Assembly (NCBI GenBank): GCA_963740355.1
Contig: CAVUDW010000003.1
Coordinates: 2,208,001-2,272,000, forward strand
Source: an uncultured Gemmatimonadaceae bacterium
Lineage (GTDB): Bacteria; Gemmatimonadota; Gemmatimonadetes; Gemmatimonadales; Gemmatimonadaceae
Direction: 5' to 3'
Length of the DNA: 64,000 nt
In this document: piece after piece, positions 30,578-40,982 of the stretch
Layout of the letters: each line of letters begins with the position of its first letter
Position numbering within the stretch: the stretch's first letter is position 1
Notes under the pieces: generated by a model
Database searches by the model: none
What the model saw: the letters and a program-made list of their open reading frames with translations, nothing else
Told to the model about the DNA's origin: nothing
Program-made: the position numbers and the translations under genes

Positions 30578-32035
30578 ATGCGACTCCCCCGATCACCGCT
30601 TTCCACGCTGATGCCTCGACTGACACGAGTTCCTCAGGCTGGACTGATCGTCATGGCGGCCCTCGCTGCCGCGACCGCCCCACTCGGCGCGCAGCGGCGA
30701 CCGGTGGATCTGCTGATCACCAACGCCAGTGTCATCGATGTGGTGAGCGGTCGTGTGTCACGCGGCCTATCGATCGCCATGCGCGGTGACACGATCGTGG
30801 CGCTCGGCTCCGCACGCGTCGTGACGGGAGTCCGAGCGACGCAACAGGTCGATGCTGGCGGGCGCTTCGTCCTGCCAGCGCTGTGGGACATGCACGTACA
30901 CTTCGGCGGCGGCCCAGCATTGATCGCCGAAAACCGTGCGTTGCTGCCCCTCTATACGGCACATGGCATCGTGGCGGTGCGCGACGCTGCCGGCGACCTC
31001 TCTGAGAGTGTCTTGGCATGGCGCGACTCGATTGCGCGCGGGCTCATGGACGGCCCGACCCTGTTCACCTCCGGGCCAAAGATCGAGGGAATGAATTCGA
31101 TCTGGCCGGGTGACATCGAGATCGATACACGCGCCGGTGTGGATAGCGCACTCGATCGCCTGCAGGCGATGCGGGTGGATTTCGTCAAGTTGACGGACAA
31201 CACACTCAAGCCCGATCTCTTTCGGTATGCACTGGGCGAAATCCGGAAGCGTGGGTTGCGCAGCTCAGCGCACATTCCTGTGGCGGTGCCGGTGCGAGAA
31301 GCGGTCGAACTCGGTCTCGGCTCGATCGAACATCTCGCGTACGCGGTCCGCGCCGGCGCCGAGCAGCCGGGGACGCCGACACCATCGGACGTGATTGCCG
31401 CGTTCGACAGTGCGACCGCCATGCGTACCTACCGCCTGATGGCAGCGAAGGGCACAGCCATCACCCCGACGTTGAACATCAGCAGGACTCTCGCCTGGCT
31501 CGACACCGACGCGCACGCGAACGATCCCTATCTCCGCTACATCGGACCGGGGTTGCAGGCCACTTATCAGGGGCGTGTCACGCGTGCTGCGCAAGCCGAT
31601 GCCGCGGCGATCGCCAGGCGACACGCCACCTATGAATTCACCAGTGCCCGGCTGCCGATGCTGCAAGCGGCTGGCGTCATGATCCTTGCTGGCACCGATG
31701 CCGGGTTTCTCAACTCGTTCGACTATCCCGGCATCGGCCTGCACGATGAGTTGCGCCTGCTGGTGGCGAGTGGACTCACCCCGCTGCAGGCGCTGCGCGG
31801 CGCCACCATCAACGGTGCGACCTTTCTCGGCAAGGCGGCGCGGCACGGCACCATTGCGCGCTCGAAGGCCGCCGACCTGCTGATCCTCGATCGCAATCCG
31901 CTGGAAGACATCACCGCCACCACCGGAATCTTTGCGCTAGTACAGCGGGGCAAGTATCTCGATCGCGCCACACTGAATGGGATGCTCACCAGCACGGCCG
32001 AACTCGTGGCGCGGATGCCGCGACCAGCACCGTAA
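30578..32035 (+). CDS. Amidohydrolase family protein, secreted
   Basis: LWDMHVH, DFVK, SIEH, GTDAG and ADLLILDRNPLEDI motifs; start could be 30611. Confidence 0.88.
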   Translation: MRLPRSPLSTLMPRLTRVPQAGLIVMAALAAATAPLGAQRRPVDLLITNASVIDVVSGRVSRGLSIAMRGDTIVALGSARVVTGVRATQQVDAGGRFVLPALWDMHVHFGGGPALIAENRALLPLYTAHGIVAVRDAAGDLSESVLAWRDSIARGLMDGPTLFTSGPKIEGMNSIWPGDIEIDTRAGVDSALDRLQAMRVDFVKLTDNTLKPDLFRYALGEIRKRGLRSSAHIPVAVPVREAVELGLGSIEHLAYAVRAGAEQPGTPTPSDVIAAFDSATAMRTYRLMAAKGTAITPTLNISRTLAWLDTDAHANDPYLRYIGPGLQATYQGRVTRAAQADAAAIARRHATYEFTSARLPMLQAAGVMILAGTDAGFLNSFDYPGIGLHDELRLLVASGLTPLQALRGATINGATFLGKAARHGTIARSKAADLLILDRNPLEDITATTGIFALVQRGKYLDRATLNGMLTSTAELVARMPRPAP

Positions 32036-32044
32036 CGACGTCGA

Positions 32045-32668
32045 ATGCCAACCAACCAACGCCTCGCCATCCTCTTCGTCGCCCTCGTGATGCTGGCAGC
32101 GATCGGGCGGTCGTGGTGGTTGTACATGGAGGCCCGCGCGATCGCCGAATCGTGGCTGCGCGAACACAAATATCGCGTACGGAGCCTCAAGGTCGGGCTC
32201 TTCCCGCTGTTTCGTTTCCCCGCGCGTTTCTTCCGCAACGAAGAGCGTTCCACACCATTTCGCGCCGTGGTCGATGACCAGCAACTCGGTGGCACGGGCG
32301 TGGTCTGGCTCCGCGTCTGGACCGATCGCCTCGGCCTGATTGCACGCGAGCCGGACGTCAGCTGGGAACGCCGCCCGGTGAAAGTGGATCCCGGCGATGT
32401 GCCACCGGAAGAAAAGTGGGAGCTCGTACAACGTGCGCTACTGAAGCGCGTCGCTCACGGCGAGACGTCGTTCGCCGCGCCGCGGCACCCGAAGGCCGAT
32501 GAGATGCCCTTCGACGAAGTCGTGGAGCACCTGCTGGCGATGCAGAAGCGCGGGCTCATCGCCTGCTCCCTGCCACGCGCCAGCAGGCAGCCTGGCAGTC
32601 GGTACGACTTCATCGAGTTCGTGGAGATCACGGACACCGGCCGCGCCTACTTCGAGCAATACGGCTGA
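32045..32668 (+). CDS. Hypothetical protein with N-terminal membrane anchor
   Basis: Starts 9 nt after the amidohydrolase stop; hydrophobic N-terminus and a winged-helix-like C-terminus (ITDTGRAY). Confidence 0.7.
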   Translation: MPTNQRLAILFVALVMLAAIGRSWWLYMEARAIAESWLREHKYRVRSLKVGLFPLFRFPARFFRNEERSTPFRAVVDDQQLGGTGVVWLRVWTDRLGLIAREPDVSWERRPVKVDPGDVPPEEKWELVQRALLKRVAHGETSFAAPRHPKADEMPFDEVVEHLLAMQKRGLIACSLPRASRQPGSRYDFIEFVEITDTGRAYFEQYG

Positions 32669-32763
32669 AACGCTCGCTGCTGCGACCCCATCGCCGCGGA
32701 GCCGGCAGGTGGTGAGTCGCGACCATGGTGTCGGCGCTCACCACTGCTTCGCCGCGCCGCGTA

Positions 32764-33999
32764 CTACACCGTTGGCACGGTGACCCACTGCCCGCCAGCA
32801 GCCGACGACGCCACCACTGTCTCGACGAAAACCACACCGTGCACGCCGTCCACCACGGTCGGAAATTGCACCGCCGCGTCCACGACACCGCCGCCTGGAC
32901 GATGCGCCCGGATCGCCTGCGCTATTTCGCTGTAGAGTGTGCCGAAGGCCTCGAGATAACCCTCTGGATGTCCTGACGGGATACGACTGACGCGTGCCGC
33001 CGCCGGCCCTGCAGCGCCGGTGCCACGCGAGATGATCTGCGTCGCCTGGCCGAATGGCGACCAGTGCAGCTGGTTGGGATGTTCCTGCTTCCATTCCAGT
33101 CCGCCCTTCGAACCGTAGACGCGAAGTCGCAGGTTGTTCTCGTTGCCCGGTGCCACCTGGCTTGCCCACAACGCGCCTCGCGCACCGTTTGCATACCGCA
33201 ACAGCACCTGCGCGTTGTCGTCCAGTCGGCGCCCTGCCACGAACGTACTCAGCTCGGCCAGCAACTCGGTGGCATCGAGGCCGGTCACGAAGTGCGCCAG
33301 CTGATAGGCGTGGGTGCCGATGTCACCGATGCAGCCACCGACGCCAGCCTTCGCCGGATCGGTGCGCCAACCCGCCTGCTTCTGGCCATCACTTTCGATC
33401 GACTCGGTGAGCCAGTCCTGCGGATACTCGACCTGCACCACGCGGATCTCGCCCAGCAGGCCCGCACGCACCATCTCGCGCGCCTGGCGCACCATCGGAT
33501 AGCCGCTGTAGTTGTACGTCACGGCAAACAGCTTTCCCACCTCCGCCGCCAGCGCCTGCAACCGGCGCGCATCGGACGAGGTGGTAGCCAGCGGCTTGTC
33601 ACAGATCACGTGGATGCCGGCCTTGAGGAAGGCCTCGGCTGCCGGTGCGTGCATGTGGTTCGGCGTCACGATCGACACCGCCTCGATGCCATCCGGTCGC
33701 GCCGCTTCGACGCGCGCCATCTGCTCGAAATCGCTGTAGATACGATCGTCGGCCAGGCCCAGGGCCCTACCCGAGCGTTGCGCCTTGTCCGGTGTCGACG
33801 CGAGGGCCCCCGCCACCAGTTCGAACTGGTCGTCGAGGCGCGCCGCAAAGCGATGCACCCCGCCAATGAATGCCCCTTCGCCTCCGCCCACCATGCCGAA
33901 GCGAATGCGCCGCGCGCTCGTCGACGACGTACTGCTGGTTGCCTCTATTGCCACGCCAGGGTTCTCCCGTGATTCCGTGATGTGATGCTGCGGTGCCAT
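32764..33999 (-). CDS. Gfo/Idh/MocA oxidoreductase
   Basis: [30 protein letters not shown] and GHPEGY motifs. Confidence 0.9.
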   Translation of the reverse strand: MAPQHHITESRENPGVAIEATSSTSSTSARRIRFGMVGGGEGAFIGGVHRFAARLDDQFELVAGALASTPDKAQRSGRALGLADDRIYSDFEQMARVEAARPDGIEAVSIVTPNHMHAPAAEAFLKAGIHVICDKPLATTSSDARRLQALAAEVGKLFAVTYNYSGYPMVRQAREMVRAGLLGEIRVVQVEYPQDWLTESIESDGQKQAGWRTDPAKAGVGGCIGDIGTHAYQLAHFVTGLDATELLAELSTFVAGRRLDDNAQVLLRYANGARGALWASQVAPGNENNLRLRVYGSKGGLEWKQEHPNQLHWSPFGQATQIISRGTGAAGPAAARVSRIPSGHPEGYLEAFGTLYSEIAQAIRAHRPGGGVVDAAVQFPTVVDGVHGVVFVETVVASSAAGGQWVTVPTV

Positions 34000-34023
34000 C
34001 GATGAACGGCTCGACCAATACGG

Positions 34024-35079
34024 TCAGAGGCCGAGCATTCGCTTGATCTGCTTCGGGTTGGTGGCGGCGCCGGCGAAATCGTCGAACGCCTTCTCAGTGA
34101 CACGAATGATGTGATCACGAATGAACGGCGCCCCTTCCGCGGCGCCCTGCTCGGGATGCTTCAGGCAGCACTCCCACTCGAGCACCGCCCAGTGGTCGTA
34201 GTCGTACTGCGCAAGCTTCGAGAAGATGGCCTTGAAGTCCACCTGCCCATCACCGAGCGAACGGAATCGGCCCGCGCGCTGCAGCCACGGCTGGTAGCCC
34301 GAATACACGCCCTGCCGGCCGTTCGGGCGGAACTCCGCATCCTTCACGTGGAAGGAGCTGATCCGCTCGTGATAGATGTCGATGAACTCGAGGTAGTCGA
34401 GTTGCTGCAGGAGGAAGTGTGACGGGTCGTAATTGATCTTGCAGCGTGCATGGTTGTCCACGCGCTCGAGGAACATCTCGAAGGTGACACCGTCGTACAG
34501 GTCTTCTCCGGGATGCAACTCGAACGCGACATCGCAGCCGGCGGCGTCGTACGCGTCGAGGATCGGGCGCCAGCGCTTCGCGAGTTCGTCGAACGCGGTC
34601 TCGATCAATCCGGCTGGCCGCTGCGGCCATGGATACAGGTATGGCCACACCAGCGCGCCCGGGAAACTCACGCTCGACGTCAAGCCGAGATTCTTCGACG
34701 CCTTGGCTGCCCACATCATCTGCTGCACCGCCCACTTCTGCCGCGCCTTGGCATTGCCTTTCACCGTCTCCGGTGCAAACGCATCGAAGGCTTCGTCGTA
34801 CACCGGGTGTACGGCGACCAGCTGTCCCTGCAAGTGTGTGGACAACTCGGTGATCTCGACGCCGTTTTCGCGCGCGATGCCAGCAATCTCATCGCAGTAG
34901 GTCTTCGAGGACGCGGCCTTCTTGAGGTCGAACAGCTTCGCATCCCACGTCGGGATCTGCACCCCCTTGAAGCCTAGGTCCGCCGCCCACTTCGTGATGG
35001 CACCGAAGGAATTGAATGGCGCCGCATCGCCCGAGAACTGCGCGAGGAAGATGCCCGGGCCCTTGATCGTTGCTGGCAT
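34024..35079 (-). CDS. Sugar phosphate isomerase/epimerase (TIM barrel)
   Basis: KGPGIFLAQF, FELHPGED, YDPSHF, HVKDAEF and LEWEC motifs. Confidence 0.88.
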   Translation of the reverse strand: MPATIKGPGIFLAQFSGDAAPFNSFGAITKWAADLGFKGVQIPTWDAKLFDLKKAASSKTYCDEIAGIARENGVEITELSTHLQGQLVAVHPVYDEAFDAFAPETVKGNAKARQKWAVQQMMWAAKASKNLGLTSSVSFPGALVWPYLYPWPQRPAGLIETAFDELAKRWRPILDAYDAAGCDVAFELHPGEDLYDGVTFEMFLERVDNHARCKINYDPSHFLLQQLDYLEFIDIYHERISSFHVKDAEFRPNGRQGVYSGYQPWLQRAGRFRSLGDGQVDFKAIFSKLAQYDYDHWAVLEWECCLKHPEQGAAEGAPFIRDHIIRVTEKAFDDFAGAATNPKQIKRMLGL

Positions 35080-35088
35080 GACGAAATC

Positions 35089-36453
35089 TCAGAGATAAGT
35101 GTTGAGCAGGTTCTCGAGCGCTTCCTGGCGACCGGAGACCGGCTGTGGTTCACTGCCCTTCTTCTCCACCCGCGCCGCAAGGTCGGCAAGGCTCCGCTTC
35201 CCCTTCAGGATCGCCTTGCCTTCGGTGCCATCCCATCCGGCATACCTCGCCTTCACCGCATCCGCCAGCACACCATCCTCGATCATCTGCTCGGCAACCA
35301 GCAGCGCCCGCGCGCAGAGATCCATCGCGCCGGCATGCGCCACGATCAGGTCATCGGGATCGATCGACTGGCGTCGCAGCTTTGCGTCGAAGTTGATGCC
35401 ACCGGTCGTGAAGCCGCCGCCCAACATGATGTGGTACATCGCCAGCGCCACCTGCGGCAGGTTGTTCGGGAACTGGTCGGTATCCCATCCCAGTAGCTCG
35501 TCGCCCCGGTTCATGTCGATGGAGCCGAACACACCCAAGGCATGCGCCAGCGCAATTTCGTGTTCGAAGGAATGGCCGGCCAGCAACGCGTGATTCTGTT
35601 CGATGTTCACCTTGATCTCGCCTTCCAGCCCATGCGCCTGCAGGAACGCGAATACGCTCGACACGTCGTAGTCGTACTGGTGCTTGGTCGGCTCGCACGG
35701 CTTCGGCTCGATCAGCAGCGTGCCCTTGAAGCCGATGGCGTGTTTGTGCTCCACCACCAACTGGAGAAAGCGACCGAGCTGGTTCCACTCACGCTTGAGG
35801 TCCGTGTTGAGCAGCGTCTCGTATCCCTCACGACCGCCCCAGAGCACGTAGTTCGCACCCTTCAGTTCGTGCGTCAGCTCCATCGCCGTCTTCACCTGTG
35901 CGGCCGCGTAGGCGAAGATCTCCGGGTCGGGATTCGTCGCTGCACCGGCCATGTACCGGCGGTTGGAGAAGAGATTCGCGGTGCCCCAGAGCAGCTTGAC
36001 GCCGGTCTCGTCGATCTTGCGGGCAAGATGGTCGCCGATTGCGCGCAGGTTGCTGTTGGTTTCGCGCAGCGTGCTCCCTTCCGGCGCGACATCGCGGTCA
36101 TGAAAGGTGAAGAACGGCACGCCAAGAAGCCGGAAGAGCTCGAATCCAATCTCCACTTTCTCGTGTGCCTGCTGCATCGCGTCGCCACCCGCGGCATGCC
36201 ATGGGCGCATGAATGTCTCGCCACCGAATGGATCGCTGCCTGGCCAGACGAGGCTATGCCACCAGCAGACGGCGAAGCGCAACTGCTCATCCATGCGCTT
36301 GCCCATCACCTTCCGACTCGGATCGTACCATCGATATCCGAACGGTCGCTTGGCGTTGGCCTTGAACTTCGGGCCCTCATGGCGCAACGGCTCAGTGATG
36401 CTGAACCAGTCGCCGGTCCTCGGTGCGGGGGCGCTTCTTCTGAATACGGACAT
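35089..36453 (-). CDS. xylA: Xylose isomerase (class II)
   Basis: [42 protein letters not shown] and NFDAK motifs. Confidence 0.96.
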   Translation of the reverse strand: MSVFRRSAPAPRTGDWFSITEPLRHEGPKFKANAKRPFGYRWYDPSRKVMGKRMDEQLRFAVCWWHSLVWPGSDPFGGETFMRPWHAAGGDAMQQAHEKVEIGFELFRLLGVPFFTFHDRDVAPEGSTLRETNSNLRAIGDHLARKIDETGVKLLWGTANLFSNRRYMAGAATNPDPEIFAYAAAQVKTAMELTHELKGANYVLWGGREGYETLLNTDLKREWNQLGRFLQLVVEHKHAIGFKGTLLIEPKPCEPTKHQYDYDVSSVFAFLQAHGLEGEIKVNIEQNHALLAGHSFEHEIALAHALGVFGSIDMNRGDELLGWDTDQFPNNLPQVALAMYHIMLGGGFTTGGINFDAKLRRQSIDPDDLIVAHAGAMDLCARALLVAEQMIEDGVLADAVKARYAGWDGTEGKAILKGKRSLADLAARVEKKGSEPQPVSGRQEALENLLNTYL

Positions 36454-36484
36454 GGTGTGAGTGCGGGCGGCAGTCAGGCGTCGG

Positions 36485-37981
36485 TCAGGAAATCGTGCGG
36501 CGAAAAGTGTGCGACAGACGGTACATCTCGCGCCAGCGTGCGTGGCGTTCCTGATGATGTATCACGGCCTCGACGCTTGGCTCGAACGTCGCGAGCCGAT
36601 CCGGCTTGGTGGCAAACTGCGCGACCGTTGCAGCACCGCCGCCAGCGGCAGCCATCGCCGCCAGCCGCGCCGCGCCAAGTGCGCACCCAATCTCGCTCTG
36701 TGTCACGCTGTGCAGCGGGATGCCCAGCACATCGGCCATCAGCTGGCACCATCGTGGTGAGCGCGCACCACCACCCAGCAGGTCGGCTTCCGCCAATCGT
36801 GTGCCTGCATCGGACAGCGCCTGTTGGGCGTCGCGCATGGCGTAGGCGACCCCCTCCAGCACGGCGAACGTCAGGTCAGCCCGGGTGTGCGACGCATCGA
36901 GGCCCTCGAAACCGGCCCGAATCGCGGAGTCATTGTGCGGCGTGCGCTCGCCGGTGAGGTAGGGCGAGAAAAACGGCCCTGTGCCTCGTCCAACGTCGGC
37001 CGTCGTCGGAAGCTCGGCCAGCAGCGCGTGCTCCGAGTGGCCCGTCACCCCGGCCCACCAGGACAGGCAGGAGGCGGCGCTGAGCAGGACCCCCATCTGG
37101 TGCCAGGTGTCTGGCAGCGCATGACAGAAGGCGTGCACCGCGCCGTCCGTGTTCGGCGCGAAACCGGCCGTCGTGCACCAGAGCACGCCAGACGTGCCAA
37201 GCGAGACGAAGGCGTCACCCGGCCGCACAGCGCCAACCGCGACGGCGCCGGCCGCGTTATCTCCTGCGCCACCGGCAATCACTGGCGGTCGGTGTATGCC
37301 CCACCGCTGACAGAGTGATTTGCTCAGCTCGCTAGCCGCAGCGTTGCCTTCGACCAACCTCGGCATGTGCGCCTGCGACAACCCACACACCTTCAGGGCC
37401 TCGTCGCTCCAGCGGCGTGCGGCTACGTCCAGCCAGAGCGTGCCGGACGCGTCTGACATCTCCTCGATCGCCTCGCCGCAGAGCTGCAAACGGATGTATG
37501 CCTTGGGCAGCAGGACGGTGGCGATCCGCTCGAACAGTGCCGGTTCATGCTCTCGCACCCAAAGCAATTTCGGCGCGGTGAACCCGGGCATCGCGAGGTT
37601 GCCCGTCACCTGTCGCGATACCGGCCACGTCTGCTCCAGTTCACGGCACTGCGCGGCGCTCCGGCCATCGTTCCACAGCATGCAGGGCCGCAGCACCGCG
37701 CCTGTGTGGTCGAGCAGCGTGGCGCCATGCATCTGGCCAGAGAGACCGATGGCAGCACAGCTCGCCAGCTCACCGGGGTGCGCGGCGTGCAGCGCATCGA
37801 TCGCCGACAGCGTTGCCGCCCACCACGACGCCGGGTCCTGCTCGCTCCATCCAGGATGCGGCCGTTGCACGGTGAGCGGCTCGCTCGCACTGCCGATCAC
37901 ACGCTCCGGCGCTTGGGCGGCGTGATCGACGAGGACGACCTTCACTCCCGACGTTCCGAGGTCGATACCAAGGGTGATCAC
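36485..37981 (-). CDS. xylB: Xylulokinase
   Basis: [35 protein letters not shown] and PYLTGERTP motifs; GTG start. Confidence 0.93.
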   Translation of the reverse strand: MITLGIDLGTSGVKVVLVDHAAQAPERVIGSASEPLTVQRPHPGWSEQDPASWWAATLSAIDALHAAHPGELASCAAIGLSGQMHGATLLDHTGAVLRPCMLWNDGRSAAQCRELEQTWPVSRQVTGNLAMPGFTAPKLLWVREHEPALFERIATVLLPKAYIRLQLCGEAIEEMSDASGTLWLDVAARRWSDEALKVCGLSQAHMPRLVEGNAAASELSKSLCQRWGIHRPPVIAGGAGDNAAGAVAVGAVRPGDAFVSLGTSGVLWCTTAGFAPNTDGAVHAFCHALPDTWHQMGVLLSAASCLSWWAGVTGHSEHALLAELPTTADVGRGTGPFFSPYLTGERTPHNDSAIRAGFEGLDASHTRADLTFAVLEGVAYAMRDAQQALSDAGTRLAEADLLGGGARSPRWCQLMADVLGIPLHSVTQSEIGCALGAARLAAMAAAGGGAATVAQFATKPDRLATFEPSVEAVIHHQERHARWREMYRLSHTFRRTIS

Positions 37982-38219
37982 GGTGCGATGTCGGAGTGGA
38001 AGGCGGAAGACGGCGGGCGATCGCATGCACTGCCGGTGACGTCGCACGGTTGTGCCAGCAGTCGCAGGTGAGCGCACACAAATGTGTCGCGCTGCATGCA
38101 AGATGGCACCATCGAACGCTGCGCTCGCGGGCGTGGCTATACTCCGAGAGCCAACCAGGACGAGCGCGCGTGGCACCGCACCGACACGTCTGCGCTTCCC
38201 ACCCATCGATTTGTATTCC

Positions 38220-39188
38220 GTGCCACACCGTCGTCGCGTCATCGTTGTCAGCAATGGACGGAACGCCAGCGCGCTCGAGGCCGCGGTGACGGCGCTCGGC
38301 TACGTCACACTGCCCAGCGTCGCGACAGTTGACGACGCCATGGCGACGTCGCACATGCCAGGGCCCGGCGCGGAGCTGATGCTGTTCGATGTGGTGGATG
38401 CCGACGGTAAGTTCGGGCTCGATGCCTTTCAGGGCCTGCGTGAACGCCTCTCCATTCCCGTCGTGGCGCTCGTCCCACCCGCCCTTGGTGCCGACATCGA
38501 GAGCGAGCCATCGCGCGCGCTGGTCCGACCCTTCACGCCGCGCGAATTGCACACCACGATCGAGCTCGCGCTCCGCACACACGAGGCCACGCGTGCGGTC
38601 GCGGAGATCGAGGAGCGATTCTTCGCCGTCTCCGTCGACCTGCTCTGCTTCCTCGACTTCAGCGGGTTCTTCCGTCGGCTCAACCCCGCGTGGCACCATA
38701 CGCTTGGCTTTTCGATTGACGAACTGATGTCGCGCCCCTTCATCGAGTTCGTCCATCCCGACGATCGCGAACGCACGCTGGAGCAGAATCGACGGGTGCG
38801 ATCGGGTGAGCGGGCGCTGGCGTTCGAGAACCGGTATCTCTGCAAGGACGGGTCATTCCGCTGGCTGCGCTGGAACGCGACGCCCGACACCGCGTACCGC
38901 ACGATCTACTCGGTGGCGCGGGACATGACCGAGACGAAGCGAATCGAGGAGGAGCGCAATGCCCTCGTCGTCGAGCTACAGACGGCGCTCGCTGAAGTCG
39001 CCACGTTGAAGGACATCCTGCCGATGTGCTCGTACTGCCGCCGTGTTCGCGACGACGAGAACTATTGGCACTCGGTGGAGAGCTACATTGCCCGGCATAC
39101 GAAGTCCCGATTCAGCCATGGCATTTGCCCGGGCTGCATGACCGACCAGATTGAACCGCAGTTGCGGGAGATCGAGCGCCAGGCCTGA
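38220..39188 (+). CDS. Degenerate receiver + PAS domain signalling protein with C-terminal CxxC...CxxC motif
   Basis: RPFTPREL receiver end, FVHPDD...FENRYLCKDG PAS segment and LPMCSYCRRVRDD...SHGICPGC; start uncertain. Confidence 0.8.
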   Translation: MPHRRRVIVVSNGRNASALEAAVTALGYVTLPSVATVDDAMATSHMPGPGAELMLFDVVDADGKFGLDAFQGLRERLSIPVVALVPPALGADIESEPSRALVRPFTPRELHTTIELALRTHEATRAVAEIEERFFAVSVDLLCFLDFSGFFRRLNPAWHHTLGFSIDELMSRPFIEFVHPDDRERTLEQNRRVRSGERALAFENRYLCKDGSFRWLRWNATPDTAYRTIYSVARDMTETKRIEEERNALVVELQTALAEVATLKDILPMCSYCRRVRDDENYWHSVESYIARHTKSRFSHGICPGCMTDQIEPQLREIERQA

Positions 39189-39299
39189 ATCGGCCGGGGC
39201 GCCACATCGGCGCGTGGTGTCGGCACATGATGCGCTATTGCGCATGCATGATCAGCCCCGACCACGTGACAAACCCAGTCGAGCTCAGCCATTCGCGCG

Positions 39300-39326
39300 T
39301 GTAACGACACGCCGTGCTGCTCGTCT
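39300..39326 (+). promoter_or_regulatory. Putative ECF sigma-type promoter
   Basis: TGTAAC-N16-CGTCT upstream of the acyl cassette. Confidence 0.4.
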
Positions 39327-39409
39327 GTAGACACTGACGTTGAAAGATCACCGTCTGCCTTGTCGCGTCCATTGCCGTCGCCGTCAGTACCTGACGATCT
39401 TTTTATCCG

Positions 39410-39937
39410 TTGACCTTCAGCCAGGTGCAGCGTATCAACCCGATTCCCGCATCGATCGAAGCCTGCTTTCGATTCGTACCGCCGTTCGTGGGAACCCGGG
39501 TCCGGACGCGTGCAATGCGGATGGCGGGCTTCGACATCGGCTACGGGTCGGCGTTCTGGGGCTGGCCAACGGTTGTTGGACCGGCGGACCGGCGCAGCCG
39601 CTTGCACATCGGTGAACACTGCGGCTTCAACGTCCGCTGTTTCTTCGACCTCGAAGATGACATCCGGTTCGGGAACCAGGTGTCGGTGGGCCATGAGGTG
39701 ATGTTCCTCACGCACACACACCGCGTGGGCATGCCGGCGCAGCGCGCTGGCGAACGCATGACCGCACCGATCGTCGTCCATGACGGTGCGTGGCTGGGAG
39801 CCCGGAGCACGATCCTCCCGGGAGTCACGATTGGCGCCGGTGCCGTAATCGGTGCCTCAGTCGTCGTCGCAGAGGACGTCCCGGAACACACACTGTTCAT
39901 GGGACACCAGAAGATTTCACTGGCCAGATGGCGATGA
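39410..39937 (+). CDS. Hexapeptide-repeat (left-handed beta-helix) acyltransferase
   Basis: LTHTH, GAWLGARSTILPGVTIGAGAVIG; TTG start uncertain. Confidence 0.8.
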   Translation: MTFSQVQRINPIPASIEACFRFVPPFVGTRVRTRAMRMAGFDIGYGSAFWGWPTVVGPADRRSRLHIGEHCGFNVRCFFDLEDDIRFGNQVSVGHEVMFLTHTHRVGMPAQRAGERMTAPIVVHDGAWLGARSTILPGVTIGAGAVIGASVVVAEDVPEHTLFMGHQKISLARWR

Positions 39938-40281
39938 CGCCAGCGGCCACCAACGGGGAAAGCATGAGCCAGTTTGACCGGGCCACCGCCTTGAGCGTGG
40001 TCGTTCGCAGCCTCACGGAATTTCTCGAGCAGAATGGTGACGAAGTCCCCGCCGTCATCGACGAGAGCGTGGTGCTGGTGGGCAAGGATGCCGTCATCGA
40101 CTCGCTCGGCATGGTGTCGCTGATCGTCGAGGTGGAGCAGGTGCTGGAGACGGAGCACGACGTCTCCGTCACCCTCGCCAACGATCGCGCAATGTCGGAG
40201 CGCAACAGCCCGTTCCGGACCGTGGGCGTGTTCGCCGATCACGTCTTCGCCCTCATCGGTCAGGCGCGCGCGGCCGCATGA
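39934..40281 (+). CDS. Acyl carrier protein
   Basis: Acidic protein with IDSLGMVSLIVEVE phosphopantetheine site and SPFRTVG; ATGA overlaps on both sides. Confidence 0.85.
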   Translation: MTPAATNGESMSQFDRATALSVVVRSLTEFLEQNGDEVPAVIDESVVLVGKDAVIDSLGMVSLIVEVEQVLETEHDVSVTLANDRAMSERNSPFRTVGVFADHVFALIGQARAAA

Positions 40282-40982
40282 TCGACAAGCCAGTCGTGCT
40301 CATCACCGGGTCCCGGAAGGGAATCGGCCGTCATCTCGCGCAGCACTATCTCGAACAGGGCTACGTCGTCGAGGGGTGCAGCCGCGGCGACTCCGACCTC
40401 AAGGACGCCGGCTACACGCATCATGAAGTCGACGTGGCCGATGAAAAGGCCGTGCGTACCATGATCGCGAACATCTCCAAGCGTCACGGCCGGATCGATG
40501 TGGTCATGAACAACGCCGCCATCGCGACCATGAACCACGTGCTGCTGACGCCCGCCGCCACGGCCAATCGCATGTTCGAGGTGAACGTCACCGGCACCAT
40601 GCTCGTCTGCCGCGATGCCGCCAAGGTCATGATGCGCCGCAAGTACGGCCGCATCGTGAATTTCACCACCATCGTGGCGCCGATCGCCCTCGCCGGTGAA
40701 GCCGTCTACGCCGCCTCCAAGAGTGCAGTCGTGACCCTCACACGGATCCTCGCCTTCGAGCTGGGGCAGTGGGGCATCACTTGCAACTCGTTCGGCGCCA
40801 CGCCGATCATGACCGACATGATCAAGGGCGTGCCGAAGGCCAAGGTCGATGCCGTGGTGAACAACCTCGCCATCAAGCGCCTCGGCACCTACGAGGATTG
40901 CGCCAACGTCTGCGATTTCTTCATCAGCCCGGCCAGCGACAACATCACCGGCCAGGTCATCTATCTCGGCGGCATCACCTGA
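40278..40982 (+). CDS. SDR oxidoreductase (FabG-like ketoacyl-ACP reductase)
   Basis: TGSRKGIG, NNAAI, YAASK and ITGQVI motifs. Confidence 0.9.
   Translation: MIDKPVVLITGSRKGIGRHLAQHYLEQGYVVEGCSRGDSDLKDAGYTHHEVDVADEKAVRTMIANISKRHGRIDVVMNNAAIATMNHVLLTPAATANRMFEVNVTGTMLVCRDAAKVMMRRKYGRIVNFTTIVAPIALAGEAVYAASKSAVVTLTRILAFELGQWGITCNSFGATPIMTDMIKGVPKAKVDAVVNNLAIKRLGTYEDCANVCDFFISPASDNITGQVIYLGGIT

Noticed and set aside
37982..38254. N-terminal extension of xylB in the ORF track
   Set aside because: The FGGY kinase motif begins right after the GTG at 37981, and the extension overlaps the divergent promoter region.
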